This document shows positions 12,909 to 24,600 of a stretch of DNA of 64,000 nucleotides, one piece after another. The position numbers and the translations under genes were made by a program. The notes below the pieces were generated by a model. The model was given only the letters and a program-made list of their open reading frames with translations. It searched no databases and had not been told where the DNA came from. This stretch comes from Amoebophrya sp. A120 (taxonomy: Eukaryota; Protista; Dinoflagellata): positions 160,360-224,359 of the forward strand of contig CAJINV010000021.1 of NCBI GenBank assembly GCA_905178155.1, read 5' to 3'. The first letter of the stretch is position 1, and each line of letters starts with the position of its first letter.

Positions 12909-14747
12909 ATGAGCGATCATTCCTCGTCTTCCTTCTCCGCCTTTCTGAAAAACGCAGGTCAGCCGAAGGTTTGCATTTCCCATGTCGCTTTCAAAGCGGT
13001 CGGGATTGTGTTCTACCTGCTGGGTTCCTTTTTCATGGGCTACGTGAACACCTTTGTGGTAGTTACGCTTGCCGTGGCTTTTGACTTTTGGACCGTGAAG
13101 AATGTCACGGGGAGATTGCTGGTATAATTTCAGTACACATGTATAGTTGCCTTCACCATCACCTCCTTCTTGAGTGCATGTTGACAGATTTTTGATGCAA
13201 CCCTGTACGTTTTTTTTGTAGCAACACAGATATACAACAACTCGAATTCACTACTTTCATTCAATCACTCTCATCTTGCTCAGCTCTTGCCACCGTGGTG
13301 CCAAAACCCTTCAGGTCGGCCTCCGTTGGTGGAACGACATTCAGGAAGACGGTAGCTCCGTGTGGGTATTCGAGGCCGGACAGGAGGTGACGGACTCGCC
13401 CCTGGACGATCAGAACAACAACTCTACTTTTTCCACCCATGCACGACCTCCACCTCCGCTTACGCTCACTCCAAAAGCCGCGGCGGACAAGTTCATTTTT
13501 TGGAACGGCATGTACCTTTGGGTGTTGTTCTATGACAGTGCACAACTCCCCCTCTCCCTCAGTTGTATTGCATGAACAGCAATACAGACACCAGCGCACA
13601 TGGAGCCTAAGCATGACAAATCTATGCTGTGCCTAATGTAGTGCTGTTTGGGCTTCCGGAATTTGTCATGCAAACAGTGCCACAAGGCAGCGACTGGATT
13701 TGGGATTTGCATGACAAATGAGGGGGGCGGGGAGTTGTGCACTGTCATATGTTCTGGACCGGCGCAACCGTGTTGAACGTTCTCACCTTTTCCTTTTCCT
13801 GGCTCCTGTATGGAAGCGTCAGGTTTGAAATCGTCAAAGTTCAAATAATTTGTAATGCATAAAATGCCTGGCCCGAGGTGCGTGTGTTGCAGAGCAGGCA
13901 AGTGTGGCCGATTGTAAGCCTGTTTGGGGTTACAGCTCGAGCTGCTAAAGTAGCATGAGAAAATCACTCTTCTTTGCCTAAACAGCATGACAGAGTGGAT
14001 TTACATTTAGGGACCACCGAGATTTGTCATGCGCCACTTGGAAACTGGGTTCCAACTGGCATCCATTTTATGCATGACAAATTATATTCAACTTTGTCGA
14101 TTTCAACTCTGACACGTCCATATCCTGCTGTCCGTCTGCGGACTGGGGTTCGCGTTGGCCAATCTGGTCGGGTTCTGGAAGTTATCAAATGTAAAAATGT
14201 CTGGGTCAGGGTCTGGAAGAATCCAACTTGTGATGCTGCATTTGGATTCCAAAAAAATCTGTATTGCATGAGTACCAAAGGGGTGTAATTCTTGCTACGC
14301 GGAGAGGGCATTTGCCATGCGGAATAGGCATCAAGAAGCTCTCAAAAAATCTGTGATGCAAGGGCATGCATCACAGACATCAGGGCTCATGCAAAACGTG
14401 CATGACAAGTGTCTGAATCTTCCAGACCCAGACATTTTTACAGTTGATAGAAGTGCAGCCGCGACGCCAAGCAGCGCCTGTTCGAGGACTTGAAGGGACC
14501 CCAGTTGATGCAGGCCTCGATGAAGCTAGCGCAGTTTGTCAACTTGAGCGGCGCGGTCGCGAGCAGAGGTGCGGGAGGTGGGTCCGGTGGCAGCAGCACA
14601 CGGGCATCTAGCACCGCCAGTACTTCTAGCGGGTTGCCGGTTGCTCTAGACCTACCCCCAATACCACCGTTGGAAGTTGTAGAAACAAAAATTGGAAAGT
14701 CGAGCGTGCCGTCCTCTTCTAGTAGTACACCTTCGAATGCTGTGTGA
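12909..14747 (+). CDS. TVP23: Golgi membrane protein TVP23/FAM18 (DUF846); join(12909..13121,13315..13530,13755..13808,14128..14182,14455..14747)
   Basis: Signature H..FK...[30 protein letters not shown]..FW and C-terminal ANLVGFWKC. One GT-AG intron (13122-13314) and three TIR introns; spliced frame of 276 aa. Confidence 0.92.
13531..13749. mobile_element. Introner family C (219 nt), TSD TGTTC
   Basis: Perfect 21-nt TIR tatgacagtgcacaactcccc. Related to 34987-35212. Confidence 0.93.
13809..14122. mobile_element. Introner (314 nt), TSD TCCTG, long imperfect TIR
   Basis: Ends tatggaagcgtcaggtttgaaatcgtcaaagtt... / ...actttgtcgatttcaactctgacacgtccata. TVP23 frame restored. Confidence 0.9.
14183..14449. 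mobile_element. Introner family A (267 nt), TSD GAAGT
   Basis: Family A TIRs. Removal gives GFWK-C-SRDAK. Confidence 0.92.
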
Positions 14748-15248
14748 AGATGCTGGTGATTTTGCTGGTCCATCTTGTAAAGAGCAAGAGCCCAAGATCA
14801 AGTGTATTCTTGCAAGTAGCCAGCAAGTGGAGCATAATTATAACGATCATGCAGTTGTACGTGTACCTCTGACGCGACGTGTGTCGATGGTCAAAAGGGA
14901 AAGAAATGGGAGTTTTTCTTCAAACAAGCACTACGACCTTGTGTGATGTTCTCGTTTGTTTGCTGCAGAGCAAGCCGGCAGTGTCTATTGTAATGAGAGA
15001 GCGCCAACTACGCTATTGCTTCTGACTGAAGTAAACGTTGCAACGTGTTCATGTTGAAGATGACACCAACAAGAACCTTATATTATTTAGATACTCGCGC
15101 ACCACGAAAAAATGTCGAGCATTGAGGCAGAAACTGTGCACAACACCTCTTGCAGCAGGAGCCTGACGTGAGCAAGAAGACGCGCGAGTAGAACTACCTG
15201 TCGCTGACGTTACCACGCGAGCGTGGGGACAGCTGATCCACCGAAGGG

Positions 15249-17932
15249 ATGATTCTTGCAAGAAATACCTACCTTTCCCCCGGCGGATCATTGCGCTCCG
15301 CAGCCTCGAACACCTCCCTTCGGTTGCCAGCATTCCAACACAATACTGTAGTCGGTACCGCTCCTACTCTAACAGTAACAACATCTTCTGCGTCTTCCTC
15401 TTCTTCTTCCAGAACTGTGCTTGGTTCCAGACATGATCTGCTTCTTCCACCCCGGCTACTTCTGCCACACCGGAGAACCTTCCTCACCGCCTCCCCAGCC
15501 CGCTTCGGGAAGGGGGTCGGTTACGGTATTTCGGAGAACGTGATCGGCGGTAACCGGGACACGCTCTACCACTACAAACGCGTCAGGCTGTCTATGCATC
15601 GTGGCAAAATAAGTATCGTATTTGTACGGATTGCGCTCTTGCACTTGCTCTTGCATGGCAGATGCAGATCATGTTGGTTACGACCTGAATCTGCATGACA
15701 AACGCATTTTTGCTTTTGAAAGGATCATTTGTTGTGCAATTACCACTCGTACGATAGTTTTGCAATGCATACTTTCCAACAACCACCAGCTCCCCTTGGA
15801 GAGGCTCACGAACTTTTCCCGCGAGTGCGTTTTCGACAGCAAGCAGAAGCAGAGCGCGAATATGACATATGCATAGAAAAAAACTGTGTAAGTGTAAGGT
15901 TGTATAATGCAAAGCTTGCAACATAGTTACGCGTGTCATGTTAGCCAGCCAGGAAATCATACGTTCATATGTGTTTTCACTGTACTAGCTGTGCATGACA
16001 GGTTCCTGCTTCATGCAGAACATATTTTTCACGCTGTCATTTTTGCAGCACGAGAGCTGCACTCAACATCGCCAGTTTTTTCTTCTGTATATGACCAAGC
16101 GCGACGCGACTGAGAAAACGGTGGAGTTCACCAAGTTTCCGGGCGTGGTCTCGAAACTGGGGGCAGAGTACTATTTCCGCGAGGACCAGAAATCGGAGCA
16201 GATGCGGTTTTTTCACATGCGGACGACGTCGCAAGACGTGGCTTTCGTGGGCTCGGTGGACATATCAAATGCAAAAATGTGTGGGTCTGGAAGGATCCGA
16301 ACTTGTGATGCGAATTCAACTACAGGCGCAAATCTCTCATGCATAGACAGCAAAAGGTGCCTACTTCCTGTCACCAAAAAGGGGGATTAAGCATTACGGA
16401 GCATTCTCGAAATCTGTGATGCTAGGGCTTCCATAACAGACTTTCGGTGTCATGCAAAAACAGCATGACAAAAATCTGCATTCTTCCAGACCCAGACATT
16501 TTTGCATTTGATAGGACAGCCGGAAGCGGGAGACGCGGACGGTGGAAAACTGCCTCCACGAGAACACCCGCGGCTACGTATCAAAAGGAAAAATCCCCCC
16601 TCCCCATGTCAAAATAAAATTTCTGATGCTGCATTTGCGTACACAAATCCGATTTCTCTTGCAGTAAGGCAACGCAGCCAGATCTTCGGCCTAGGTAGGG
16701 GCGTTTGGGTCTAGTTGCTTAGCATTACAAACGGCTGTCCGCTAGGCGCAACAGCATGCCAAAGCGCTTCCATAATGGCGCGGAAGCCTCTACACTTGTC
16801 TGCTTGCAAGACAGACGTGATTTGTGGTCTCAAATCAGCAACACAAACGCACCTGTTCGATATGGGGATGGGGGATTTTTCCTCGCAATACTACGCGGCC
16901 CAGGTGATTATGGAGGGGCGCGGCGTGAAACTGTACTGGAACCCGGCGTATCCAAAACTCGCCGGGCGAAAGGGCGTGGGGGACAAGGCGTATCAACTGT
17001 AAAAATGTCTGGGTCTGGAACTTTGCCCGACTTGTCATGCAGGTTTTCCATGACCCATATGATCCGTAATGGAGGACCTAGCATGACAGATTCCGTGAGA
17101 TCACTATCATGCCTATCTTGCATCAGAAACTGCCTCTCAACTCGCCGTTTCTATGGAAACGCATACAAAAGGGTGCGGGAAGCAGATCGGTAAAACGTGT
17201 CTGAAAAGGACACGCCGTTGGGTCGTCCGCCATCGTGATAGGATCGCCGTGGCTGATCATTAGACCCCCTGTATATTTTTTTAGCGCGCAACCGGCCACG
17301 CGCGTAGGTCTTCGAGCAAGTTTGTAAGACTAACCCATCAAGGCAATGCTGGAACTCCACCTTGCTCGCGGGCTTGGATGGTAAGGCAGGTCAGCCACAC
17401 ATCGCGCCCACTGGTTGCAGCCATGCGTGAGCAATCGATAACGGTTCTGCAGGTGCAGTCGGGTGGTAGTTAGGAAGTGGGCCGCGTCTCCACCTAGGGG
17501 TATCGGCAGAGGCTAAATCTGTTCTAGCGCCCAGGTATTGGCAGAGGCTAAATCTGTTCTAACGCCGACCCGCCAGGAGTTAAATGGTGCTACTACTACT
17601 AACTCGATCAAAAGTGGGCAGCATTTGGCAATCATGCAACACAGATTTTTGCGTGATTTAGATTTAGCATGACAAGTTCCAACCTTCCAGACTCAGACAT
17701 TTTTGCAGTGCATAAGGCGCGCGACTTGACGAAGTTCTGCAAACTGGACCGGCAGTGCAAAATCCACCTGAACAAGGTGGGAAATCTCGCGACCGTCACC
17801 GGGCCGACGCGGTGTCAGGTGGGCAACGTGGCGATGCGGTTGTTTTGGAAGTTGAAGCAGGGGGTCTATACTGGAAAGGGAGCGAAGTTGGCCTTCAACT
17901 GGGTCAAGCGGAAGGCTAGGAACAAAAAATAG
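15249..17932 (+). CDS. MRPL6: Mitochondrial ribosomal protein uL6; join(15249..15592,15777..15860,16099..16262,16519..16578,16896..16990,17720..17932)
   Basis: Arg/Ser-rich transit-peptide-like N-terminus. TRGYAAQVIMEGRGVK resembles the L6 GF...L.GVGY motif, and VTGPTRCQVGNVA...GVYTGKG resembles the L6 C-terminal PYKGKG motif. Five TIR introns; the 15860/16099 junction is less certain. Confidence 0.78.
15593..15771. mobile_element. Introner, family B-like (179 nt), TSD CTGTC/CTTTC
   Basis: Ends tatgcatc... / ...cgtacgatagttttgcaatgcata. Frame restored. Confidence 0.82.
15861..16098. mobile_element. Degenerate introner (~238 nt)
   Basis: Ends tatgacatatgcatagaaaaaaactg vs cagttttttcttctgtatatgaccaa. 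TSD eroded; removing 238 nt restores the frame. Confidence 0.6.
16263..16513. mobile_element. Introner family A (251 nt), TSD GGACA
   Basis: Family A TIRs, perfect TSD, frame restored. Confidence 0.92.
16579..16890. mobile_element. Introner (312 nt), TSD CTACG
   Basis: Ends tatcaaaaggaaaaatcccccctcccca / tggggatgggggatttttcctcgcaata. Removal gives TRGY-AAQV. Confidence 0.88.
16991..17714. mobile_element. Introner family A, reverse orientation, TSD AGGCG, with nested insert (724 nt)
   Basis: Both halves align to 50820-51081. Subtracting the insert plus its TSD (724-462) gives 262 nt, the family length. Confidence 0.9.
17145..17600 (+). mobile_element. Nested SINE-like or truncated-LINE-like insertion
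   Basis: AACTCG duplicated at 17139-17144 and 17601-17606. 3' tail ctactactact. Internal 28-nt direct repeat at 17499-17526 and 17534-17561. No TIR. Confidence 0.7.
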
Positions 17933-18667
17933 TCCTAGTGTTGCAATTCGATCACCGTTCAGGTTCGTGAGACAAAACTAGAAGTATAGCTTGTTCGAAT
18001 GACCACCTTGATATTTTTTCACAGAATGGTCGTCCTCCCTGGAGGACTAAAGTGCCGTTGCGCGCCCTGTCTTCCCGAAGATATTCAGAAAGACAGGCTG
18101 TCGCTGTCTTCCTTCTGTTCTTTTTACTCTCTTCCCACACACAAATCTATGACTTCGATTGTGTGGCTTTCAATTTCAGTTGCGTCTCATTTCTGTAGCC
18201 CGTTTTTTCTACCGCCGGAAGATCCGCTCTGTTTCCTGCGATTGCAGGTTGTGTTGGCGAGTCGCATGCAGTGATCCAAAACAAACAAGGTATAGACTGT
18301 CGATTCACGGCACTTTTACAGCAGCTGAGTCAAAAAGTCCTTTTTCTCGTTTTGCTTCACGAGACACACTTCCGATGGCGTTTCGAGTTTGAATTGCTTT
18401 GATTTTTTGAAGTTTTCGTTGTGGCGCCGGCGCCGTTCATCATGTATGATGGAAAGGAAAAGTGTACATCTAGACCGGAACGTGATGTGTTATTATAGCC
18501 CATCCCCAGAACGAAGAACAAAACTCATTCATATGAAAATTCTTTAATTTTTTCAGTTTTCATTTCTTCCCTCTCAGCGTGACTTTAAGAAGCGCACACA
18601 CAATTCTATTTCTTTCCCCCTGCCTGCTTCTACATGATCGCACCACTGACTCTGACCGAATCAGGCG

Positions 18668-21600
18668 ATGACCACGAAGATGGGTTTTTCTTTTTCCACT
18701 ACTTCTACTCCCGACGGCGTCGCCGCAGAACGCGCTCACTCGCGGTCCCGCAGCTGCGCTAGGAAGCCGCCGCCGGGCAGTTTTTCCTTTGGCCCCAAGA
18801 TGAACCTGCAGCGACAGAGGGGCAGAACAGTCTCGCCAACGTCCTCGACCACTCGAGGGCTGAGCCTAAACAGGAATCATCTGAACTACAGCACTTTCTT
18901 CACAGGGAAAAATTGTAATACACAGAGGGTGAACTTCTGCAACGATTACGATGATGATGTAGTTGACCAGGACGCTGATATTGAAGACGAGCAGAAGAGA
19001 CGGACTACCGGCCAGCATGGGCCAGCACAGCTTTCGAAAACAGCAGGAGGAGGAGAGGCCAGCGTCTTCTTTTCCAATTCTGCTGGGACTAAAGATGGCT
19101 GGTCTACTTCTACTTTACAACACCCATCAGCACCATATTTTTACTCTTCTAACTCGTCAAGGTCGACCACGCAGAAGAACCCAGATAACGATCAACATTT
19201 TGTATCTCGTCCTTATGGAGCTTCGCTGGACGAGGAAGCAGACAACAAAAAGAACGCTCTTTCATCGTCCCCAGCAGCGTCGCGGGGAGGAACAGGAGCG
19301 ACGAGGAGCCAGAGAGTAATAAATGACTGGAGTTCTTGTAGTTCTTACAATGATAACAGAGCTAACAAGGAAAACAACTCAAGCCGCCGAGGACCATATT
19401 CTGACCGGTCACGGTCGCGGATGCGTGTACCAGGTCCCAACAAAGACTCGCGCACACGCGCTGGGGGGAATGATCAAAATCACGCCTCTCAGAAGATGAG
19501 GACGCCCAGAAGTGCAGCAGTTGCTTGCAATGACCGGCGCGAAATGATGGATAAAGATAAACGCGGTCCGCGCAGCCGGTCCGCGGCCCCTACCATCTTT
19601 CGAAACGGGGCCAGCGCGAGAAGAAAGAGTGGGAGTCTTGTTAGACGACCACGAGATTGTTACGAGCGCGACGACGTCGTCGAGCGACCACGGTTTCTCG
19701 CGGAACATGGAGGTTGCGGTGGCAGAGCAGCAGCCACGCAGCGTGGGACGAAGGAAGGGCAGCAGGAAGGTCCAGATGAGAGAGACAGAGAACATCCTCC
19801 GCGGGAGGTGGATGGTAATGGACGCGGCTTCGCCGGAAGATTATTGCCCGATGCACTAGTAGCTACAGCAGCTACAGTTCCTTCTCAAAAATCTCAAGGA
19901 GTAGAAGGCCCGCGCAGGGGGGTGCGTCGAGTAGATCTCCCCGAGCAAACGAACAAGAGTGCACAAGCATCAACAACTACTTGTAACTCGAGAGGACAAC
20001 TTCTTGATGTAACAACTAGTCAGCCGGACGGCAGCATGCGACATGATCTAAAATCAGCCCCTGGATTATGCGACAAAATAAAAACGCCGGACAATGAAGC
20101 TAAAGAGGACTCGAGCTCTGATTCGGAGTCTTCTTCATCCGACAGCGATAGCAGCGGTTCGAGTGCAAAAGAAGTTGAGCAAGCGGAGAAAAAAGATGTT
20201 AAAACTTTGCCGGGGCGGGCCCTCGAAGAGCAGCCGCCGGGCAAAAAATTTCTTGTTAAGGCATCTGGCGCATCTTCGTCGTTTTCGTCCACAATTAGCA
20301 GGTCGGCAGCAAGAACTCCAGGTGATTCGGCAGAACGTCCTTCCGGGGGAGAAAGCAACAAACCGTTCAAGAATCCGCTGCGACCCTTTAGTATTTTCAC
20401 TTCGCGAGATGCAGCAGGAGGTGGGTTGCAGCCTTTCTCCAAGGAACTCTTCCGGAAGATGCTTGTTCATCCACCTGGAGGTGGTAGTACTACGTCCAGC
20501 ACAGAAGATCCTGGGACGACGGTTTTGCCCACGACAAAACGACCCGCCACGGCGGGAACACTCATGAAAAATCCTGCACCGCTTGCTCTTCCGCCGCCAG
20601 CTGTATCCAAAGCAAAGGTGATGGTCGCGAAGGCGAACGCCGTTTCGCCCACGGAGCTGAGTTTGAAGAGTACTACTTGTACTTCTACGGCACGAGAAAA
20701 TTTTTACGGCGCGACGAGCAAGGCAGCTGTAGTGCTGGGAGCTCCTCCTGCAAGGAGCACAGCGGCGGCGATGGTCTTGTCGCCTGCAAAAGCTGCCGGG
20801 AGTACTACAGCACCTCCAGTCACGAGTGCAAGATCCTCGGTCAGTGCTGCCGAGCCGCTGCACGGGAAAGCAGGTTCAGTGGTGGGTGATCATGGTACTA
20901 TCGAACACCTAGTTGTAGTACCCACGACTGTACCGAAGAGTGCTAGTAGGAGGACAACCGTAGTTCAGGTCGGAGCGGCTGCTCCCGCAGCTTCCTCCAA
21001 AGCGGCCTCCGTAGTGCCTCCAGTGGTAGATCGCAATCCTGGAACTACTGCTCTCGTCCCAGGTGTTCCTGCATTTAGCAAAAGTTCAACTGTTGTGCGC
21101 AGCAGCAGCAGCAGCAGCAGCACTCACTCGGGTGCGTCCGGTGGTGGTGGATCTACAGTTCCCGCGGGACGAGCTCGACAGTTGTCTTGTGCAGCTGCTG
21201 CAAAACCACGGTCGCCCCCTCCTCCCCCGGCGGCGGTAGTTGTGGAGGCAGCCAAGAGGCTGTTGATGAAAGGCACAAGGCCGGCCTGCACTCTACCGTC
21301 TGCTGCTGCGCCTGCAGGACCGGAAGTGTTACCGGTAAAAGGCAGCACAGTTGTAGAAAGTGCTGGTCCAACTCCAATTGCAGATGTTGTGGACAAGATG
21401 AAGGACGACGTGAAAAAGCCAGACGAGGACAAGACAAAGTCCTCCTCTCCCCCACATCATCAACAAGCGAAGGAAGAAAATAGCATAGGCATTGTCATTG
21501 CCGAGGAAGCGACATCAACATCTCCAACTACACCGACATCGTTGAAGAAAGTTACAGACGATGAGGACAAGAAACAGGGAAAACAAGAAGAAGACCACCG

Positions 21601-24600
21601 TCCAGTAAGTGAGCCGCGCGGGAGCTGCTGCGAGAGGGATGTATTGGCAATGAAATTGACAAAGACAAACTCACGCTCGTCCACCTCCTCTGGTGGTACA
21701 AAACCAAAAGCCGAGGCAGCTGCAGAGCCAAAAGCAAAAGAAGATACGATGCTAAAAGCAACCTCGCCCTCAGAAGCAACTACAAACGTCGCCGAACAAA
21801 AAGTAGGCGGAGAGCTGCTCGCAGTAGAAGCGTCTGGTCGAGTCGACGGGGAAGCACGCGCGAAAAGTTCCTTCACTTCACCCCCCGCTGTGAAAATGAA
21901 TAAAAAAATTGCGAATAAAAGAAAGCCGATCAGTGAGGAAGAGCTTCTGGCGAGGATGTTGCAGTCCTCACGACCCGCGGAGGCAGGCAGGAAGCAGATC
22001 AAGCCGCAAGTGGAGGCGGAGAAGGAAGCGGTGCAAAATCGTCTTTCCGCAGCCTGCACGTCGTGCTACGGCACAAGAACTACTTCTAGCGATGCTGCAG
22101 ATCACACTACTACTTCCACTACATCTGTTGTGGTTGTTCCAACTACCACAGCAACAGAAAATGCAGGCGCCGAAAAAGTGAAAATCAAGGTTCACGACGA
22201 GCAGACGTGTGATGATATGGAAAACACGCACGATGAGAACGGTAGAAACCTCGAGGATAAGAACAGTTGTTGTAAAGATAGCCACACGAGTACGAGTTCC
22301 AACCTTCATGATCACCCGCCGGAGGTGGAAACGAATTCTCCCACCGCGCCGGCAGCTTCTTCTCTGTCGCACCCCCAGACGAGCCGTGACTTGGTGGAGC
22401 AAGCCGATTTGTCGCTTTGCCAAGCCTCAGAGGTGGAGAAGCACGAGTCTTCCGTGTCCGTGAATGCGCCAGAGGGGGAGTGGGAGGAGTCGAGCTCCGC
22501 GGCGTCCTCTGGACCACCTCCCGGTCGTCCTGAAGATACAATCAGCAACGTACTAGCGGAGGCGGTTGAGTCTGTTTGTGAGACTAGTAGCGGTGATCAT
22601 TCACATTCTCTGACGAGCAAGCATCGTCCTCACGTGGTTGCCGATTCTGTCGTATCCACTAGCAGTAGTACCGCATCTGCAGAAGTAGTAGAAGTGTCTG
22701 AACCAGAAGCAGGCGCGGAACTACGACACCACCGCAGCAAGAACGTCGACCACCAAGGAAATGAGAAGGACTCCATCAAGGAAAGCGAAATTAAAATTCC
22801 CACCGGGATGGATGCTAGTGCCGACCCAGGGCTAAGCCTAAGCAGGATGCTGGAGGATGATAGACCTAGACGAGAAGATCTTTTGGTTATGACGGTGGAC
22901 TGCGAGGACGAGGAGGGCCGGGTGAATTCTCACCCAGCGCAGCAGATGACGACTTCTAGCACATCAATGAGTGCAGCAACAAGCACTTCTGAGGGGAATG
23001 TTTTGATGAAAGAGAGTCATGTATTAGCGGAAAACCAGGACGATAATTCTCCTTCTTCAACCTGCTCTGACGAGGAAAGTTCACAAGAAGACTGCCCCCT
23101 TCTCCCCTTCTTTGCCGGCGTGGAAATGCCTACCAGTGAGGAAATTGCCGCGGCTCTTGCGGAATCTTCGATGGTGGTACTCAACGACGCTACGGGTGGT
23201 TGTTCTTTGGGGGAAGAAGAAGGCGGTTCTCCAGCAGTGGATGAGAATCCGGAAATTGGTGAAGAGGACGGGACGGTTCACGATGCTCCACCGCCAACAA
23301 AGGAACACAACGCATGGTCCCGCTCTGGTTCCCCTCCTGTAGTTGCTGGTGCTGTGAACGCTGGCCTGGATGGTAGAAATGCAATCGGCACGGGCACCAA
23401 AGATGGCCAAGAATACGTTGCGAAGGTCGACGGCGATTCTAGTCGTGTCGTCCTCAAGGCTTCTGGCCCAATCGCGAATAATGTCACGCACGGAGCGGAC
23501 TTGAACAACCAAGATAGTGGTTTTTCCATACCAGGAGCGAGTTACAGCCATTTTAAAGATGAGACCGAAAATTGCGTCCCTCTCCAGGAGCGGCCCGCAA
23601 GGGACAAAATCAAGCCGTCTAGTAGGAGCTCCCCCGGAACCGGAGCTGTTGATCATAATCAAAGTAGAGAACCAGCAGTGTTAGGACAAGCTGCTCTTCC
23701 GCAAGTACAAGAACGCGGCGGTTCGCAACAAGGAGAAAAACTAGACAACCTACTTCCAGGAGTCGTGCCGAAAAACAAAGACAAGCTTTCAACAGTAACA
23801 GAAGTGCATGATGTACGAATAAATCCCTCGTCGCAGTCCCAAGACCGAAGTAAAATCACAGCTGCCACGACTTCCAGCGCTTCATCGAGCACGGCAATCG
23901 GTAGATCTCTTGTTGGACCCGCCCCTGCCGCTCCTCTCGTGAAGACAATTCCACAGCGAATAGGGCACTCGGATTACTTCGATGATCTCGAGTCTGATGA
24001 GGACGACCTTGCTTTCCGTGCGGCGGCAGATAAAGAGGCGCAGAAGAATCATGAACTGCAAGAAGAAGCTGCTTCACGAGGACACGTTGAGGAGAATCTA
24101 AGGCTTCACGTCGGCAATTCAGGTTCTTCTTCAAGCTCGAGCTCAAGGAATGTCCTCGGTGAAGAATCGAAAACTCACTCCGAGCTAGGGCCGTACAAAA
24201 GAGCTACAACTAGCGAGGAAAACAGGCGAGAAGACGAGGCTGCACAACACATTTCCGCCGAAAAGCACAGCAATTCGGTCAGCAACGTTTTGAACATGCT
24301 ACTGACATCGACAACTTGCGCAGAAGCTCCTGCACCACAGCAAGACGAGTGCAGCTTACTTTTGCGTAGTTCTTCCGCACCTCCGAAGCCACCGGTGAAC
24401 CCGATGCAGGACGGCGTCAGTTGTTTTGCATCTTCATCTTCCGCATCCGCTGGCACAGATGTTGCTAAGGGTCGCACTTTAGAACACCGCGCTCGTGCTT
24501 CCGGCTTGGCCGAAAGCGAGGCAGCGCAGCAGGCGCGCGGTGTTCCTGGAACCAAGGAGAAGCAGGCTCCACTTATAATTGGCAGCGGTGAAGAGGAAAG

